The notes beneath the pieces were generated by a model, which searched no databases, had not been told where the DNA came from, and saw only the letters and a list, made by a program, of their open reading frames with translations. A stretch of 64,000 nucleotides of DNA from Verrucomicrobiales bacterium (lineage in GTDB: Bacteria; Verrucomicrobiota; Verrucomicrobiia; Verrucomicrobiales; V1-33), in NCBI GenBank assembly GCA_028293125.1, contig JAQGPJ010000079.1, positions 117,296-181,295 of the forward strand. Reading direction: 5' to 3'. Below are positions 19,033 to 28,864 of this stretch, in pieces (position 1 is the stretch's first letter; each line of letters begins with the position of its first letter). The position numbers and the translations under genes were made by a program.

Positions 19033-19950
19033 TCACTGCGTCCATTCAAAAAACCCCATTTCCTCCAACCCCCGCCGCAGCGCTGATTTCCGGTCAGCGG
19101 ACAGCGGCAGATGCGGCAAGCGGGGCGGACCGACAGGGATGCTGAGGAATTCCATGACGGTTTTGGCGGCGGCCATGTAGCCGAATGAGGTGAGCAGGCC
19201 GGCAAGCCGGACGGCGCGGAACTGCTCCTGGCGGGCGGTTTCCAAGTCGCCGGCGTTGAAGGCATCCAGCAGGCGGCGGAACAGCGGGGCCGCGAAGTTG
19301 AAGCCGCTGCCGACGGCTCCCTGGGCTCCCAGAGCCAAGGCTCCCAGCAGATGCTCGTCCACTCCGAAGGGCAGATCCCAGGGACCGCCCTCCGTCCGCA
19401 GGCAGCGCTGGTAAGCGGCGAGATCGGGGTTGGTGAACTTCAGGCCGGCCAGCATGGGAATGCGCCGGTGGCCTATGGCCAGGAAGTCCGGCATGGGGAA
19501 GGAGACGCCGGTCATCGCCGGGAAATCGTAGAAGTAGAACGGCGTGGCCGGAGCGGCGGCGGACACCTCCTGACACCATGCCACCAAAGCCTCCAGCGAG
19601 GCCGGCCTGAAATAAGAGGGCGCAAACGCGGCGATGGCGGCAGCGCCCCGCTCCTCCGCGTGCGCCGCCAGCGCCCGGGCATCGGCGAGGCAGTTGGAGC
19701 CCGCGTGCACCACCACCCGCGGCCCGCCGTTTTGACTGGTCTCCATCCAACGGTCCGTCAGCGCCAGGCGCTCCACCAGGGTCAGGCTGTGGCATTCCCC
19801 CGTGGTGCCTCCAATGAACACGGACTCCACGCCATGGCGCTGAAAATGACCGGCCTGCAGGGCCACGGCCTCCGGATGGAAGGTGCCATCCGGGTGAAAC
19901 GGCGTGTGAGGGGCGGTGGTCAGGCCGTGAAGGGGAATTGTCGGTTTCAT
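19033..19950 (-). CDS. DapA/NanA-family class I aldolase (N-acetylneuraminate lyase-like)
   Basis: ORF 19033..19965; ATG at 19950 (MKPTIPL...). Blocks VFIGGTTGE, FYFYDFPAMTGV and a Schiff-base Lys context LAGLKFTNPDL. Lies 24 nt downstream of the MFS gene on the same strand. Confidence 0.8.
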   Translation of the reverse strand: MKPTIPLHGLTTAPHTPFHPDGTFHPEAVALQAGHFQRHGVESVFIGGTTGECHSLTLVERLALTDRWMETSQNGGPRVVVHAGSNCLADARALAAHAEERGAAAIAAFAPSYFRPASLEALVAWCQEVSAAAPATPFYFYDFPAMTGVSFPMPDFLAIGHRRIPMLAGLKFTNPDLAAYQRCLRTEGGPWDLPFGVDEHLLGALALGAQGAVGSGFNFAAPLFRRLLDAFNAGDLETARQEQFRAVRLAGLLTSFGYMAAAKTVMEFLSIPVGPPRLPHLPLSADRKSALRRGLEEMGFFEWTQ

Positions 19951-19974
19951 AAGAAAAACAAACAATGGAATGAG

Positions 19975-21267
19975 TCAGGATCTGTCAGGGACGGAGGCGG
20001 TTTCCGCAACACGCGGCCGGATCAGCAGCACCAGAATCACGGAGATGACGGACAGGCCCCCAAAAAGACTGAAAATTCCCATCAGCGGCACCTGCCGGTC
20101 GCGCAGGGTGCCAAAACCCCAGTCAGCCATTCCGCCAGCGCTGATGCTGACCAGATTCATCAGCCCGTAGCCGGTGGCGCGGTGCCGGGGCCGCACGATC
20201 TGGCAGAGGATTGGCATGTTGTTGGTGTCGAAAAATCCCCACCCCAGTCCGAACAGGATCAGAAAGGCCACCGCCACCCATAACTGGCCCGTGGCCGGCG
20301 AATAACCCACGCCGAACAGCGCAGGCACGATGAGCATCATGCCCAGGGCGCTAACCCGAATGCGGCCCCGTGCGGACTTTCCCATCCATCGGTCCGCCAG
20401 CCAACCTCCGCCGAAAGCGCCGGCGATGGCGGCCAGCTGCCAGTAAAGGGTGGCGGAGACACCGGCTTTTCCCTGCCCGATGCCGAACTCTGTTTTCAGC
20501 ACGGCCGGCATCCAGTCCCGGACAATCCATGCCGACAGTGCCGGCAGGGTGAAGCAGGCCACCAGCAGCAGAAAGGACCGGTTGCCCAGCAGGGCGCGGA
20601 GAGGGCCTTCAGAGGGGCCGGGATTTTTGCCGCCCGTGTCCGCCAGCGAGGCTGCGGAGCGCGCCACGTCGCGGAGTTTCAGCATCAGCGGCACCACATA
20701 CAGCAGGCCCACGATGCCGCAGACGTCGAAAGCCCAGCGCCAGCCCAGCGCGGGGGAATCCGCAGCGTGGCCGCTGAAGCCGCCCACGATCACGCCGCAG
20801 TAAATCCCCATCTGGTGCAGGCTGACCGCCCGTGAACGGGTGGGACCGGCGTGGTGGTCAGCGATCAGCGCCAGTGCTGCCGGAATGTAGAAGGCCTCGC
20901 TGATGCCCATCAGGGTGCGGGCGGCCAGCAGTTCCCCGTAGCTATGGACATGTCCCGTCCACCAAGTGACGGTGGACCAAGCGAGCAGGCTGGCGCAGAT
21001 GGTCATCCGCCGGCTGTAGCGGTCCGCCAGCCAGCCGCCCACCGGGCTCAGCAGGGCATAGGCCCATTTGAACTGTCCCAGCATCCTGCCCCAGTTGGCC
21101 TCGCTGCCAATATCCATGATTTCCGCCATGACGGAGGTCTTCATAGACGCCAGCATCTGGCGGTCGAGGTAGTTCAGCAGCGCCACCGGCATCAGCAGGG
21201 CCACGATGACCCATGCCGTGCGTCCTGGCCCGGGTTTTTGATTTTCTGTCCAGCCATCAGCAGCCAT
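19975..21267 (-). CDS. MFS transporter (anionic sugar/sugar-acid type)
   Basis: 430 aa with about 12 hydrophobic segments. N-terminal LNYLDRQMLA and loop motif GGWLADRYSRR are typical of the ACS-type MFS family. Confidence 0.85.
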   Translation of the reverse strand: MAADGWTENQKPGPGRTAWVIVALLMPVALLNYLDRQMLASMKTSVMAEIMDIGSEANWGRMLGQFKWAYALLSPVGGWLADRYSRRMTICASLLAWSTVTWWTGHVHSYGELLAARTLMGISEAFYIPAALALIADHHAGPTRSRAVSLHQMGIYCGVIVGGFSGHAADSPALGWRWAFDVCGIVGLLYVVPLMLKLRDVARSAASLADTGGKNPGPSEGPLRALLGNRSFLLLVACFTLPALSAWIVRDWMPAVLKTEFGIGQGKAGVSATLYWQLAAIAGAFGGGWLADRWMGKSARGRIRVSALGMMLIVPALFGVGYSPATGQLWVAVAFLILFGLGWGFFDTNNMPILCQIVRPRHRATGYGLMNLVSISAGGMADWGFGTLRDRQVPLMGIFSLFGGLSVISVILVLLIRPRVAETASVPDRS

Positions 21268-21401
21268 GCCGCGATGCTCTCAGGATATCCATGCCGCACG
21301 CAAGCCTGTGAAGTGGGGGTGGAGTGATGAAACCGGGAAAAAACAAAGCCCGCTCTCCACTCCAAACGGAGAAAAGGGCGGGCTTTGCGGAAAGGGTGAT
21401 C

Positions 21402-22358
21402 TCAGCGGGCGGGATTCTCCTTCAGCCACTCCTCGCGGCGGCGGACAAGTTCCTGATACTGTGCGCGGAGCTTGGTCAGGTCCTGGGCTGAGGAGCGGGC
21501 AAAATTGTTGTTGCTGCCGAAACGGGTCCATGGACCGTCCGGGACCTCGTCAGCCCCGCAGAAGCGCCAGTCGCACTGGGCTCCGCTGCTGATGCCCAGG
21601 AAGTCGCGGACCGCCGGGGAGACATCGAGGCCGGCTCCGTTGTTCTCCGAGTTCCGGGGAGTGGCTCCTCCGAAAACGTAGTCGTGGTCATCCGTCACAA
21701 ACGGCCCACAGTCCTCCCACTGGGCGAAGCAGGTCTTGTTGCCGCAGCGGATGGCGATCCAGATGCCCCGGCAGACGCTGGCATTGTCGGTGCCTTTCCG
21801 CAGATTGTACCAAGGGATCTTCTGTTTGGCGATCTCCTTGTTGGTCAGATCGTTGAAGGGCAGGGCAACATAAAAGGGATTCAGCCGCGGAATAAAGCCT
21901 TTGGGACGGTAGTCATAGGTCCGGTTTTCCCGGTTGGGGTCGTCGAATCCCCCGTAGTTGGTCTCCCACTGGGTATCCCAGGAGCTTTTGTGGTTCGGCA
22001 CCGTGTTCCGGCCCTCGGCGGCCTCGCCGATCCAGAAAACAGTGGTGGAGATGTTTTTGCGCCAGGCGAACTTCGGCGTCACCTCGCGGGGACGGGTGGG
22101 GGCATACACTCTGGGAAGCGCCGCCATGGGGCCGACAGCTCCTTGGGCTCCTTTGGAGGCGGAGGAGTCCGCAGTCGCTGGGGAAAGGGATTTCGATGAC
22201 TTGAGAGTGATCGGAGCCGACTTTTTGGAGGCGGCTGAAGCTGTAGTTTTGGCGGCTCCGGATTTGGTTTTTGAGGTTTCCGCCAGCGCTCCGCTGACGG
22301 TTCCGAGAAACAGGCTGCCTGCGGCAAGCAGAACAAGGGAGAAGGAATTTGCAACCAT
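21402..22358 (-). CDS. Secreted hypothetical protein (Ser/Ala/Lys-rich linker + conserved Cys/Trp-rich globular domain; possibly RlpA/DPBB-like)
   Basis: ORF 21402..22436. ATG at 22358 gives signal peptide MVANSFSLVLLAAGSLFLGTVSGALA. Low-complexity linker, then the domain FWIGEAAEGRN...NPFYVALPFNDL...CRGIWIAIRCGNKTCFAQWEDCGPF...GLDVSPAVRDFLG. The fold assignment is only a guess. Confidence 0.6.
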   Translation of the reverse strand: MVANSFSLVLLAAGSLFLGTVSGALAETSKTKSGAAKTTASAASKKSAPITLKSSKSLSPATADSSASKGAQGAVGPMAALPRVYAPTRPREVTPKFAWRKNISTTVFWIGEAAEGRNTVPNHKSSWDTQWETNYGGFDDPNRENRTYDYRPKGFIPRLNPFYVALPFNDLTNKEIAKQKIPWYNLRKGTDNASVCRGIWIAIRCGNKTCFAQWEDCGPFVTDDHDYVFGGATPRNSENNGAGLDVSPAVRDFLGISSGAQCDWRFCGADEVPDGPWTRFGSNNNFARSSAQDLTKLRAQYQELVRRREEWLKENPAR

Positions 22359-22608
22359 CGTCTGAATGAGGAGGACCACTGACCGGTCCGGGTAATGGAC
22401 GGCCAGATTACGGGTCCTGACAAAAAGCTGCAACAAAAAAGATTTTTACAAAACCTTTATTGCTTTTCTTTAATTCATATTTAATTGAAAATAAGGGGAT
22501 TTTTAAGCTTCTCCCTTACAGATCCTCTCGGGAATAATCTGGAAATTATGGGATTTCGAGGGTGAAACTTTTTCTGTAAACCGTCTTTTTGAACGCTTTT
22601 CGCTACCC

Positions 22609-25600
22609 TCACTCCACCACCAGCGTCCCCTTCATAATCATCCAGTGACCGGGAAAGGTGCAGAGGCACGGATAGGAGCCCTTGTCCGCCGGGGCGTTGA
22701 AATGGATGGTGAAGCTGCCGCCGGGCAGGGTCATGTCCGTCCACGCCAGCACCTCCGGCACATCGGGGACATAATGCCGGGCGGCCCCGGCGGGATTGCC
22801 GATCAGCCGGTTGGTCAGTGCGCCGACCTTGTCCGCGCTGCCGGGTTTGAGCAGCACCCAGTTGTGGGGCACGACGTCGGGATTGGAAAGCGTGAGGCTG
22901 AGGCGCTCCCCGGCCCGCACTTTCCAATCCCGGGTAGCGAACTGCAGGCCATTGGCGGTCCGGATGGTGATCTCCCGTCCCGGAGGGCCGGCGATCCAGG
23001 GATTCGGCACGGTGGCTTCGGCGGTGGCGGAGAGCGCGGAGGCGGTTTCCGGCGGCATGGCTGACGTTTTCGCGATGGGCAGCCAGCCGGGAAAATCCGT
23101 GAACGGCGCGCCAAGGTTGTGAACGGTCAGGAAAAGATCGCGCTCCACTGAGGCGTTCACCCTAACCAGCAGATGCAGCTGGTGGGCGGTGCGGATTTTG
23201 GGCATTTCCAGAAACAGCGTTTTTCCGTCGGCCAGCACGTGGGCGGAGCGGACCGGGACGGGGTCGTGTCCCGGCCGGCCCGGACAATTGACGGAGTACT
23301 CCGCCGATCCGTAGGCGGAGGCGTAAAGGTAATTCCACATCTGGGCAAAGTGGCTGGCGGCGTTGCCGGCCACCGCCGGATCCAGCGGATCGGAGAAGCG
23401 GAGCAGCACTCCGTTGTCCCGGGCCTCGCAGTGCACCGGCAGATTCACCGGACCTCCGATGTATCGCACCCGCTCCAGGCAGCCGTCGCCGGAGGTGTAG
23501 GTGCCCCAGCCGCACATGCCGGTGACATACAGCTGGCCGTCGTGCGGGCTGAACCGCCCCCGGTGGACCCCTGACAGGAAATCCCCCGCCAGCGGGACCG
23601 CCGTCCCCTGCCGGACCCCGTTCACCTGGTCGCGGAGCACCATCATATGGGTGCCCGCGCCGTGGGAAAAATGGATCAGCTGCCCCTTCAGCGGGCCCCA
23701 GCGGTCACTCTCCACCCAGGTCTGACCGCCGCTGGAGTTGTCCACGCCGCGGGGCAGGTAAAGCAGCGGCGTCCGCGTCTCCACGCCGGGTTTGGCACCG
23801 GGATACCCATAGTAGCCGGCAGGCGGTGTGACCTCCATCACCTGCGAGGCCGGCGTCCACTCACCCTCCTGCACGGAGGTGGTGAGCACGCCGTCCCGGC
23901 TGAGGCCGATGCCGTCCGGATTCCGGAAGCCCGTGCCCAGCACCTCGATGGGCTGACCCGGTTTGACGCGGAACATCCCGATATTGCCGGCCACTGTGTA
24001 GAACCGACCCTCACTGTCCCGCTCGAGACCGGTAGTGAAATCGTGACCGGAGGGCGAGGTGGGCCAGGCATTGGTCAGACACTCATAAAAATCCGCCTCC
24101 CCGTCGCCGTTCAGGTCGCGCAGGGCGGTGATCTGGTCGCGCCCCAGCACCACCGGCTCATCGTCCACCATGACAAGTCCCAACGGCTGGTGCAGCCCGG
24201 CGGCGATGCGGCGCCAGACCAGCTTCTCCAGCGAGCCGTTCACTCCGCTGACGCGCCAGACATCCCCGGTCATGGTGCAGACGGCCATATCACCGTTGCG
24301 GTAAAAGTCATGCCCCGTGGTGAAAAGCAAAGCTTTCCAAGGATTGTCCAGCGGCAGCGTCAGGGTGTCGACCGTGTAGGGTGCGCCCTGGCCAAGGCTG
24401 CCTTTGGTCTCCACCACCTCCGGCCACTGCGGCGGTCCGCCCCGCAGCAGCTCCCGCAGCGGATGCTCCACGGCGGGCAGGCGCTGGCGGACAAATTTCC
24501 CGTTCTCCTCCCGCGCGGTGTCGAGCATCTCCTGACCGCCTTGGAGATAGCTGAAGATCACCCGCTGCCCGTGACGGTAAAAGCCGTGGTACACCAGCGC
24601 CTGGTCCCGCTTGTCGGCGGCGGGGGGCGGCACCGGCTGGTGGGGTACCTCCGCCAGCGCCTCCGGCACCACTGTGCCGCGCATCTCCACCCCGTCCATC
24701 AGACCGTGCCGTGCAGGGCTGAAACCCACAAACCCGCCGCGCCAGACTACGCGGAAATCCATCACTTCCGGATCGAAGCAGGCCGACCATTGCTCCTTCC
24801 CGCCGAGCTGCACGCACACGGCCTTGGGGATGACAAGACGGTGTCCGCGGAAGACGCCGCCCATCACGGAGCCCAACTCCGTGCGGGTCCAGCGGTCATC
24901 CCGCCAGTCGGCCTCGGTCTGGTTTCCCCAATGCCCGTTCCCGCTGCCGTCCAGTCCGGGGAACTCCGGCAGCAGCACATCCGCCGCCGGATGATCGCGG
25001 AACCACCGCGCCTGCTTGCCGTAAAAATCATAAAGCCGCCCGCGGTTCACATGCTCCTTCCAGTGCGGCCACAGCTCCGGATGAAGGGGATCGCGGACAT
25101 AGGGAAACTCCGACAGCTTCGGCGGCACCGGCGCGGGCGCTTTCCAGGACACCGGAACCGGACGGGGGCCGCCGCTGCCCGGCGCGTCCATTTCCTTCAG
25201 CAACCAGTGAAGACCGTCCAGATTGTCCCGCAACCGGGCCTCAGCATCCTCGTCCGTGTGGTTCAGAATGCCCACTGGACCGCGCCACCCGCTGGCCTTG
25301 ATCGCCTTCAGCAGGCCCAAATCCAGATCGCCCTGTCCCAGCGGCATGATCTTGCCGCCCTCCGCCTCGCCGCCGCTGGACATGCCGTTCAGATTCAGCG
25401 CCAGCAGGCGGGGCTTCATCTTCTCCAGCGCCGCCGGGAAGCGGGTCATCTCCGCGTGGCCATGGTGCAGGTTGTAAACCAGCCCCACATTCCGCAGCCC
25501 GTCCCGCTCCAGCCGCTCCACCAGCGCCAGTTGATTCTCCGGCACCCCGAACCAACCTCCGTGATTGTAAAGCCCCAGCCGGCAGCCCACCGCCGCCGCC

Positions 25601-26121
25601 GCCTCAGCAAGGGGGCGGAGCCGGGCGGCCATGGACTCCACAAGGGCGGCCTGCGCGGCGGCATCCCCCTGAGGAGGAAAACCCACGCCGTGGGTTACCC
25701 ACAGCTCCGGATGCACACCGTGCCGCCGGATGACCTCCAGAATGCCCTTGGCCTCGTCGTTCAACTCGCCGGGAAACCACCACGCGGTCAGTTCGATGCC
25801 ATGCTTTTTCAAAGCCTCCATCTCCGCGTCGAAGGAGGCGATGTGCTCCGCCCGGTAGTCGTAGGCCAGCTTTTTGATCCCCAGCGACTCCAACATCGCC
25901 GCCCGTTCCTCCGGTCCGCGCTTTTTGGCATCGAAGGGCACAATACACCAGGCCGCTAAATTGGACTGGCTGAAAACATCGTCTCTTTCCGCAGCGGGTA
26001 CCGGCGGCGCGGCGGCAGCGGGAGGGGAGGAAGGCGAAGCCGGTTCCTGCGCTCTGATGGTTCCGGTTCCTGGGCCGGATATTCCCATGACAAAAACCAA
26101 TAAAATCAGCAGTCGGGACAT
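22609..26121 (-). CDS. Secreted multidomain protein: xylose-isomerase-like TIM barrel + beta-propeller dehydrogenase-like region + C-terminal azurin-type cupredoxin
   Basis: ORF 22609..26199. ATG at 26121 gives signal peptide MSRLLILLVFVMGISGPG. TIM-barrel blocks LGLYNHGGWFG and VYNLHHGH. Middle region has propeller-like DGQLYVTGMCGWG. The C-terminus has the azurin copper-ligand pattern VVPHNWVLL ... YPCLCTFPGHWMIMKGTLVVE. Confidence 0.8.
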   Translation of the reverse strand: MSRLLILLVFVMGISGPGTGTIRAQEPASPSSPPAAAAPPVPAAERDDVFSQSNLAAWCIVPFDAKKRGPEERAAMLESLGIKKLAYDYRAEHIASFDAEMEALKKHGIELTAWWFPGELNDEAKGILEVIRRHGVHPELWVTHGVGFPPQGDAAAQAALVESMAARLRPLAEAAAAVGCRLGLYNHGGWFGVPENQLALVERLERDGLRNVGLVYNLHHGHAEMTRFPAALEKMKPRLLALNLNGMSSGGEAEGGKIMPLGQGDLDLGLLKAIKASGWRGPVGILNHTDEDAEARLRDNLDGLHWLLKEMDAPGSGGPRPVPVSWKAPAPVPPKLSEFPYVRDPLHPELWPHWKEHVNRGRLYDFYGKQARWFRDHPAADVLLPEFPGLDGSGNGHWGNQTEADWRDDRWTRTELGSVMGGVFRGHRLVIPKAVCVQLGGKEQWSACFDPEVMDFRVVWRGGFVGFSPARHGLMDGVEMRGTVVPEALAEVPHQPVPPPAADKRDQALVYHGFYRHGQRVIFSYLQGGQEMLDTAREENGKFVRQRLPAVEHPLRELLRGGPPQWPEVVETKGSLGQGAPYTVDTLTLPLDNPWKALLFTTGHDFYRNGDMAVCTMTGDVWRVSGVNGSLEKLVWRRIAAGLHQPLGLVMVDDEPVVLGRDQITALRDLNGDGEADFYECLTNAWPTSPSGHDFTTGLERDSEGRFYTVAGNIGMFRVKPGQPIEVLGTGFRNPDGIGLSRDGVLTTSVQEGEWTPASQVMEVTPPAGYYGYPGAKPGVETRTPLLYLPRGVDNSSGGQTWVESDRWGPLKGQLIHFSHGAGTHMMVLRDQVNGVRQGTAVPLAGDFLSGVHRGRFSPHDGQLYVTGMCGWGTYTSGDGCLERVRYIGGPVNLPVHCEARDNGVLLRFSDPLDPAVAGNAASHFAQMWNYLYASAYGSAEYSVNCPGRPGHDPVPVRSAHVLADGKTLFLEMPKIRTAHQLHLLVRVNASVERDLFLTVHNLGAPFTDFPGWLPIAKTSAMPPETASALSATAEATVPNPWIAGPPGREITIRTANGLQFATRDWKVRAGERLSLTLSNPDVVPHNWVLLKPGSADKVGALTNRLIGNPAGAARHYVPDVPEVLAWTDMTLPGGSFTIHFNAPADKGSYPCLCTFPGHWMIMKGTLVVE

Positions 26122-26335
26122 GGCGGAGGTAAAGGGCGGGAAAGAGGTGAAGCAGACAAAAACAGACCGGAGCCGCCCGGCGGCCCCGTCCTCCCCCAAT
26201 ACGTGATTTCGTATGCCCTGTATCAGCGCGCTTCTCCGTGCGCCTTGGGTCCCGGCACTGTCTGTCTGACCGGCGGCCCGCCGGATTCAGAATTTCCCCC
26301 GGCCTTCCGAAACCTGCCTCCGTTATCAAAACATC

Positions 26336-27073
26336 TCAGCCCTTCCGCCTGGGAAACAGTCCCAGCGCTTGAAGTGCACAGTCACGCCGGTAGGCGGCGC
26401 GGGTTGGATTGGGCCGCGCCGGAGTGAGCACCGGCCAAGCTTCCTCGGCGGCGATGGCGGCGAGGAAGGGGTCAGGATGAACCGTGACCGGGCTTTCCAC
26501 GAAACGCAGCAGCGGCAGGTCGGCTTTGCTGTCGGAGTAGGCCCAGGAGCCTGGCAGGGGCAAAGTCAGTTCCACCGGCATCAGATGGCGCATGGCCTTC
26601 AGCTTGACGTCGTACTTGTTGTTCGCTCCGTCGATGCGAGGGAAAAACGGCTGTCCAATATCCTTAAGTCGCACCGGCGTGCCGAAGGTGTGGTCAAATC
26701 CCAGGCGCTCGCCGATGGCGGCGGCGTAAAAAATCGGGCTGGCGGTGTTGAGGATGAGCGTGCGTTCAGCGGCCTTGTGCCGGGCGACCTCGGCCATCAG
26801 TTCCGGGTAGAGCCGGGGCACCACCTCGGCCTCCACAAAGGAATCCACCAGTTCCGCAATCTGTTTTTCGGTAAGGCCCCGGAGGTAGGAGAGGAAAACG
26901 CGCTTCAGTGTGCGGGTGCTGATGATCCCCACCGCCCGCAGCATCACCGCCGGGCCGAAAAGGGCCAGATAGGCCCGCCGCAGGGGATGCCGGCGCAGCA
27001 CATAATTACAAAAAAGCACCTGCGTGTCGTACGGCAGCAGCGTCTGATCGAGGTCGAAAATGGCGAAGGACAT
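26336..27073 (-). CDS. HAD-IB family hydrolase/phosphatase
   Basis: ORF 26336..27220. ATG at 27073 gives MSFAIFDLDQTLLPYDT (DxDxT nucleophile motif). Later block YSDSKADLPLL. Confidence 0.8.
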   Translation of the reverse strand: MSFAIFDLDQTLLPYDTQVLFCNYVLRRHPLRRAYLALFGPAVMLRAVGIISTRTLKRVFLSYLRGLTEKQIAELVDSFVEAEVVPRLYPELMAEVARHKAAERTLILNTASPIFYAAAIGERLGFDHTFGTPVRLKDIGQPFFPRIDGANNKYDVKLKAMRHLMPVELTLPLPGSWAYSDSKADLPLLRFVESPVTVHPDPFLAAIAAEEAWPVLTPARPNPTRAAYRRDCALQALGLFPRRKG

Positions 27074-27438
27074 GCGGAGAGAAGGCGGAGACAGGGACCG
27101 GACGGACACGCGAGGATGAACAGCGGGCGGGCAGGCGGAAACAGGTGCGAAAAGCAGAAGCCCGCGCCGATTTCGTCCTTTGCATGAACACTGTCTCACA
27201 GAAATGCCGCCCGGATGCAACGTCTTTCCGCCTCAGGCGGGATGGCGGGGGCGGGTTGCCCAGTATGTGGAACTGCTCTATGCCGTCATGCTCCGCTCCA
27301 TTCCAATGCCGCCGCAAAAGATCATGTTTTGTATTTTATGGCTGGCAAAACTGTTTTTTTGAAGGAGTATAGCGATTTTTCATTTTTCCGCTATTCCTGA
27401 CCACGGCTCCCGTCCGTGATTTGTCCTCCCAAACGCCT

Positions 27439-28803
27439 ATGTTTCCTTTTCCGACCTGCCGGCTCCGCTGTCCACTCTCCGTCCTGGCCCTCTTCTGCAT
27501 GACCGCGGCATCCGGCATCCTCCCGTATGCGCTGTCGGCGGAGGAGGCGCCGGTCACGCTGAGCAACGATGCCGTGAAGGGCACGGAGGGCGCACCGGAG
27601 ATCCCCATGCCCAAAAACCGCAGCGTGGTGAATGCGCTGCTGGTGACGGATCTGCCCGGACAGGGGGCGGCGGGCGCGGCGGCCAAGCTCTCCACACTGA
27701 CGCTGCCCATTGAAGCCACGTCCAGCACGGAGGTGAAATTCAACGTGAGGGTGGGGCCACAGATGAACACCGCCTTGGGCGAGGTCGTGAAATGCCTCCA
27801 GATCCGGCACAAGGGCTGGCCCCGCGGCCACCGCATTGAGCTGGCCTTCGAGGACAAGTTTGTGCCCAAGGACGGACCCTCCGCCGCCGTGGCCTGCGCC
27901 CTGCTGCTGGACTCCATGTTTGGAAACTGGGAGATCGATCCCACCGTGGCCTTCACCGGCGATCTGAACGCCGACGGCTCCGTGCAGCCCATCGGCGGAG
28001 TGGGCGGCAAAATCCGCGGAGCCACCAAGGCCGGCTGCATGCGTGTGGCGGTGCCGGTGAAAAACAGCGCCGATGTCGGTGATGTGCTGCTGGCCGAGGG
28101 GCCGGAGCCGCTGGCCCGCATCAACATTCTCTCCATTGACACCCTCGACTCCGCCATTGCCCTGGCCCGCAAAACCCCTGCCGGCGCGGCGGCTCCGGCA
28201 CCTGCCCCTGCGGCGGCCAAAGGCGCAGCGGCTCCGGCTGCCGCCACGGCCACGGCTCTGGCTGTTACCGGCACTCCCCTCCAGCTTTTTGCAGAGGTGC
28301 GCCGTGTGCTGCTCCCCAATAATAAATGGAACGCCAACGGGCTGCGCGACCGCAATGTGGTGATCCGGCTGAAGGAAATCCTGCGCCAGCAGCCCAATGA
28401 CCTCTCCGCTCGCTACCTGCTGGCCGCCGCTACTAACACTGCCCCCGCCCGTATGACCCTGCGCGGGTCGATTGAGACCCTGGACCAGATCGCCTTCAAT
28501 GTGTTCCAGGCCATCAGGAGCAAAAACGCGGATCAGATGACCAAAATCAAAAGTGACCAGATCGGCGACGCGGTCTTCAAACTGAAACGGATCCGCACCC
28601 GCATGGACACCCGCGTGGTGCCGACCATTGATGCGCTTGCCAACTTCGGTGAAGTCCTGCGCGCGATCAAAAACCAGCCACCCCGGACCGAGGCCAAAAG
28701 CGTGGAGTATTACAACAAGCTGATGGGCGCCGCCCAAGCGGCTGACCGCCAGTACGACGCCCTGATGAAAAACCGCGATGTGGTGGAGGAACTGATGAAG
28801 TGA
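27439..28803 (+). CDS. Sec-exported protein with a Lon-type (S16) protease domain, Ala/Pro linker and C-terminal helical domain
   Basis: ORF 27421..28803; ATG at 27439. Signal peptide ...LSVLALFCMTAASGILPYALSA-EE. Lon_C-like blocks VPKDGPSAAVACALLLDS (Ser) and VAFTGDLNADGSVQPIGGVGGKIRGATKAGCMRVAVPVKN (Lys). Linker AAAPAPAPAAAKGAAAPAAATATA. Confidence 0.7.
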   Translation: MFPFPTCRLRCPLSVLALFCMTAASGILPYALSAEEAPVTLSNDAVKGTEGAPEIPMPKNRSVVNALLVTDLPGQGAAGAAAKLSTLTLPIEATSSTEVKFNVRVGPQMNTALGEVVKCLQIRHKGWPRGHRIELAFEDKFVPKDGPSAAVACALLLDSMFGNWEIDPTVAFTGDLNADGSVQPIGGVGGKIRGATKAGCMRVAVPVKNSADVGDVLLAEGPEPLARINILSIDTLDSAIALARKTPAGAAAPAPAPAAAKGAAAPAAATATALAVTGTPLQLFAEVRRVLLPNNKWNANGLRDRNVVIRLKEILRQQPNDLSARYLLAAATNTAPARMTLRGSIETLDQIAFNVFQAIRSKNADQMTKIKSDQIGDAVFKLKRIRTRMDTRVVPTIDALANFGEVLRAIKNQPPRTEAKSVEYYNKLMGAAQAADRQYDALMKNRDVVEELMK

Positions 28804-28864
28804 TCTCTGGCACGCCCGCCCTGATGCCCAGGAGCCGGGATTTGACACGCGGCGCACAACACAC

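Noticed and set aside
23647-25959. 770-aa ORF on the plus strand
   Set aside because: It is entirely antisense to the 1170-aa TIM-barrel/propeller/azurin gene. The translation is Arg/Gly/His/Pro/Leu-rich with no motif, whereas the minus-strand product has multiple recognisable domains. This is a typical high-GC shadow ORF.
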